In this document: one piece after another, positions 60,494-64,000 of the stretch
Position numbering within the stretch: position 1 is the stretch's first letter
Layout of the letters: the number at the start of each line of letters is the position of its first letter
Source: an uncultured delta proteobacterium
GTDB lineage: Bacteria > Myxococcota_A > UBA9160 > SMWR01
Length of the DNA: 64,000 nt
NCBI GenBank assembly: GCA_963832165.1
Contig: CAWHTE010000003.1
Span: 735,342 to 799,341 of the forward strand
Direction: 5' to 3'
Position numbers and translations under genes: made by a program
The notes under the pieces: model-generated
What the model was told of the DNA's origin: nothing
Databases searched by the model: none
The model's input: only the letters and a program-made list of their open reading frames with translations

Positions 60494-61635
60494 GAGCCCG
60501 CGCCCGCCCGCGGCACCACCGCGTTGACAGTCCATCCCCTGCCGGGGCCCGGACCGGCCTCGAACGTGCCGCCGAGGAGCGCCGCCCGCTCGGCCATGCC
60601 GACGAGGCCGTAGCCGGATCGGCTCCCATCGGCTGAGCCCGCATCACCGTCGTCGCGGACGGTCAGCCGCACGCAGTCGTCCTCGCCGGCGACCTGGACG
60701 TCGATGCGGGTCGCGTGGCGGGCGTGCTGCGTCGCGTTGGTGATCGCCTCCTGTGCGAGGCGATACATCGCGGCCCCGACCGACGGCCTGAGCGCATCGA
60801 ACTCGCCCGAGAGCTCCACATCGACACGCGGCCCGTGCGCAGCGTCGCGGGCGAGCCGCTCGATGTCGGCCACGCCCCGTTGGGGCGCGCGGTCGGGCTC
60901 GTCGCCGTCGCGCAGTACGCCGACCATGGTGCGCATCTCGGCGAGCGTGCGCGAGGCCGCCTCCTCGATGACCTCGAGGGCGCGCACGGCGGCGTCAGGG
61001 CGGCCGGCCGCGACGGTCCGCCCGGCCTGGGCCTGGATCGCGATGGCGGAGACATGGTGGGCGACCGTGTCGTGCAGCTCGCGCGCCAGCTGCTGGCGCT
61101 CCCGGAGCTTGACCTGATCGATCTCGCGGAGCCGGGAGCTCACCCGGTAGCGCACGGACGCGCCGAGCGCCGCGGGGAACAGCAGGAACACGGTCCCGAC
61201 CACCGCATCGACCACACCGGTGGCGTCGGCCGCGATGCCGATGACGCAGGCGGCCAGGATGATCGCCAGCCCGATCACGGCCTCGCGACCGGCCCCCCAG
61301 CGGAAGAGCGCGTAGGGGAGCAGCAGCACGCAGATGCTGGTGTACAGCCCCACCGGCTCGTCGCCCCAGAGGAGCTCCGCGACGGCGGCAGCGCTGATGG
61401 AGCCGAACGCGACGGCGACCGCGAGGAGCGGGCGCGTCCGCCGCCACAACAGCGTCGAGATCGCCACCAGGGCGATCACGATCGCGACCGCCGGCCAGGC
61501 CAGATCCTCGCGGAGCAGGCCTTCGAGCACCGCGGTTGGCACCAGCACCGCGACGAGCAGCCAGTCCCGCCACACCCGGGCGGGCGGCGCCGGGGCTCGG
61601 GGCTCTGCCCACAGCGACCGGGCGGCGGTCCTCAT
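60490..61635 (-). CDS. HisKA_3 membrane sensor histidine kinase
   Basis: TM helices, ARELHDTVAHH, QEAITN, DDG, GYGLVGMAER. Confidence 0.92.
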   Translation of the reverse strand: MRTAARSLWAEPRAPAPPARVWRDWLLVAVLVPTAVLEGLLREDLAWPAVAIVIALVAISTLLWRRTRPLLAVAVAFGSISAAAVAELLWGDEPVGLYTSICVLLLPYALFRWGAGREAVIGLAIILAACVIGIAADATGVVDAVVGTVFLLFPAALGASVRYRVSSRLREIDQVKLRERQQLARELHDTVAHHVSAIAIQAQAGRTVAAGRPDAAVRALEVIEEAASRTLAEMRTMVGVLRDGDEPDRAPQRGVADIERLARDAAHGPRVDVELSGEFDALRPSVGAAMYRLAQEAITNATQHARHATRIDVQVAGEDDCVRLTVRDDGDAGSADGSRSGYGLVGMAERAALLGGTFEAGPGPGRGWTVNAVVPRAGAGS

Positions 61636-61815
61636 CGAGCCAGCGTACGGAACCCGGGCGCACGGCGGTATCGGCCGCAAGTACGAGTCGCACATCGCCC
61701 GATCGGCCAGGGGAAGTCGAGCCTTCTGCCCGATGGTGCGCGCCGCCCGGTCCCGTCACGCTCGACCGGCGCCGGTCCTCGCGCGCGTCAACGGATCGTC
61801 GAAGGAGACCACGTG

Positions 61816-64000
61816 ATGTCGCACCTCCTGTATCGCCTCGGCCGCTTCTGTGCCCGCCGCCCGTTCGCCGTGATCGGGTCCTGGCTCGTCGTGTCCGTGC
61901 TCGTGATCGGCGCATCGGGCGCCTTCGGCCGGGAGCTCGAGGACTCGTTCGAGGCGCCGGGAGTCGACTCGCACCAGGCGACCGAGCTGCTGACGGCCGC
62001 CGGGTCGGATCAGGCCGGGCTCACCGCCCAGCTGGTCGTGACGCCCCGCGACGAGCGCGCGACGTTCTTCGACTCGGCTGACGAGCGGGCCGCGCTGGCC
62101 GAGATCCAGACGGGCGCCGCCGCGCTCCCGCACGTCCTAGGCACGAGCGATCCGGCCGGCACGCTCGCGGCGGGATCGGAGGTGGCGGTACGGCGCGGGG
62201 CGGTGTCCGCAGACGGTCGCGTCGCGCTCATCCGCATCCGCTATCCGGTGCTCGAGGAGCTGCGCGCGGACGACCTGGAGAACCTCAAGGCGTTCGGCGT
62301 GCAGGCCGCTGCGGGTTCGCCGCTGCGGCTCGAGATGGGCGGCGACCTGTTCTTCGCGTTCGAGGAGCCCGAGACCGGGACCGGCGAGCTCATCGGCCTG
62401 GTCGCCGCCGCCGTCATCCTGCTCGTGGCGTTCGGATCCGTCATCGCCATGGGCCTCCCGATCGCGATCGCGCTGTTCGGCCTCGCCCTCGGCATCAGCT
62501 CGATGGCGCTCGTCACCTACCTGGTCGACATCCCCAGCTGGGCGCCCGAGCTGGGCAGCATGGTCGGCCTCGGGGTCGGCATCGACTACGCCCTGTTCCT
62601 CGTCACGCGGCACCGCGAGTACCTCGCACGCGGCATGCCGGTCGAGGAGTCGGTCGGTCGTGCCGTCGCGACCGCCGGTCGGGTCATCGTCTTCGCCGGC
62701 GGCACCGTCGTCATCGCCATCCTCGGCCTGGCGGTCGCCGGCGTTCCGATGATGACCGCCGCCGGGATCGCGATCGCGGCCATCGTGCTGATCATGGTGG
62801 TCGCCTCGGTCACGCTGCTGCCCGCGTTCCTCGGTCTCGCCGGAGCGTGGATCAATCGGCTCGGATTCCGCCGCATCCGGGCCCGGACGGCACCGGGGAC
62901 GGCTCGCGATGGCGGCGCTGGGGCGAGCACGTGTCCAGGCACGCGTGGGTCTATACCGTCGGCGTCACGGTCCTGCTCCTGGCGCTGACCGCGCCGGTGC
63001 TGGCCCTGCGCATGGGCAATCCCGACGAGGGCGCGCTGCCCGAGACGCGAACCGAGCGCCGGGCCTACGACCTGACCGCAGCCGCGTTCGGACCCGGCAG
63101 CAACGGCCCGCTGATCATCGCCGTCGACATCGCGCGGGATCCGAGCGTCGTCGAACCGCTCCGCGACGCGGTCGGCGCTGACGCGGGCATCGCGGCGGTC
63201 GCTCCCGGCGACGTGGACGCCGCGGCCGGCGTCGCGACGCTGGTCGCGATCCCGACGACGGGACCGCAGGACGAGGCAACGCGCGACACGCTCGCGCGCC
63301 TCCGGAACGACGTGGTCCCGCGCGTTCTCGGCGCGAGTCCGGCGCGCGCCCACATCGGCGGGCAGACCGCGAGCTTCGCCGACGTCAGCGACCGGGTCAC
63401 CGACCGCCTTCCACTGTTCATCGCCGCGGTGATCCTGCTGTCGTTCCTGCTGCTGGTCGTGATCTTCCGGTCGATCGTCGTGCCGCTCAAGGCCGCGCTG
63501 ATGAACCTCCTGAGCATCGGCGCCTCCTACGGCGTGCTGGTGATGGTGTTCCAGTGGGGATGGGGCGCCGGGATCATCGGCCTCGAGTCGACCGTGCCGA
63601 TCGTCTCCTTCATCCCGATGTTCATGTTCGCCATCGTCTTCGGCCTCTCGATGGACTACGAGGTGTTCCTGCTCTCCCGGGTGCGCGAGGAGTACCTCCG
63701 TTCCGGCGACAACGACGCAGCGGTCATCGACGGCATCGCCGGAACGGCCCGCGTGATCACGTCGGCCGCCCTGATCATGATCTCGGTCTTCCTCGGCTTC
63801 GTCCTGGGTGACGACCCGGCGGTCAAGATGTTCGGCCTCGGCCTGGCCACGGCCATCTTCATCGACGCGACGATCGTGCGCATGGTCCTGGTGCCGGCGG
63901 CCATGACGCTCCTCGGCGACGCCAACTGGTGGACTCCGCGCTGGCTTGAACGCCTGCTGCCAGCCGTCGACATCGACGGACGTGCCGGATCGCCGATGCC
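61816..64000 (+). CDS. MMPL family transporter (frameshift near 62890-62910, 3' partial)
   Basis: GLGVGIDYALFLVTR, AFGPG.NGP, FGLSMDYEVFLLSR, DATIVR...P, NWW.P.WL. Confidence 0.9.

Overview
High-GC bacterial DNA in two parts. (A) 1-~48,760 has a Gram-negative-type signature: a PEP-CTERM gene with a sigma54 promoter, an IHF site and three tandem enhancer-like repeats, next to a TPR protein and a Trp/DP helical-repeat protein. It continues into a ~44 kb catabolic region of unknown substrate: an oxoprolinase/hydantoinase pair, two copies of a tandem hot-dog protein + CoA-ligase module, four P450s, two Baeyer-Villiger-type monooxygenases, a Rieske oxygenase, a ThDP enzyme with an atypical cofactor motif, acyl-CoA dehydrogenases, SDRs and GntR/TetR regulators with visible operators. 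(B) From ~48,760 a truncated P450 is joined to a truncated IS1182-like transposase, and the DNA becomes frameshift-rich and actinobacterial in gene content (PucR regulator, NarL-type two-component system, MMPL transporter); this may be an assembly chimera. The best find is an IS110-family element (55081-59736). Its 5' non-coding region folds by eye into a bridge-RNA-like structure whose loops match the element's own target site and circle junction, and a complete IS21-family element with a 5-bp TSD is nested in its 3' end. No rRNA, tRNA or CRISPR array was seen. All family calls come from motif recognition without database searches.
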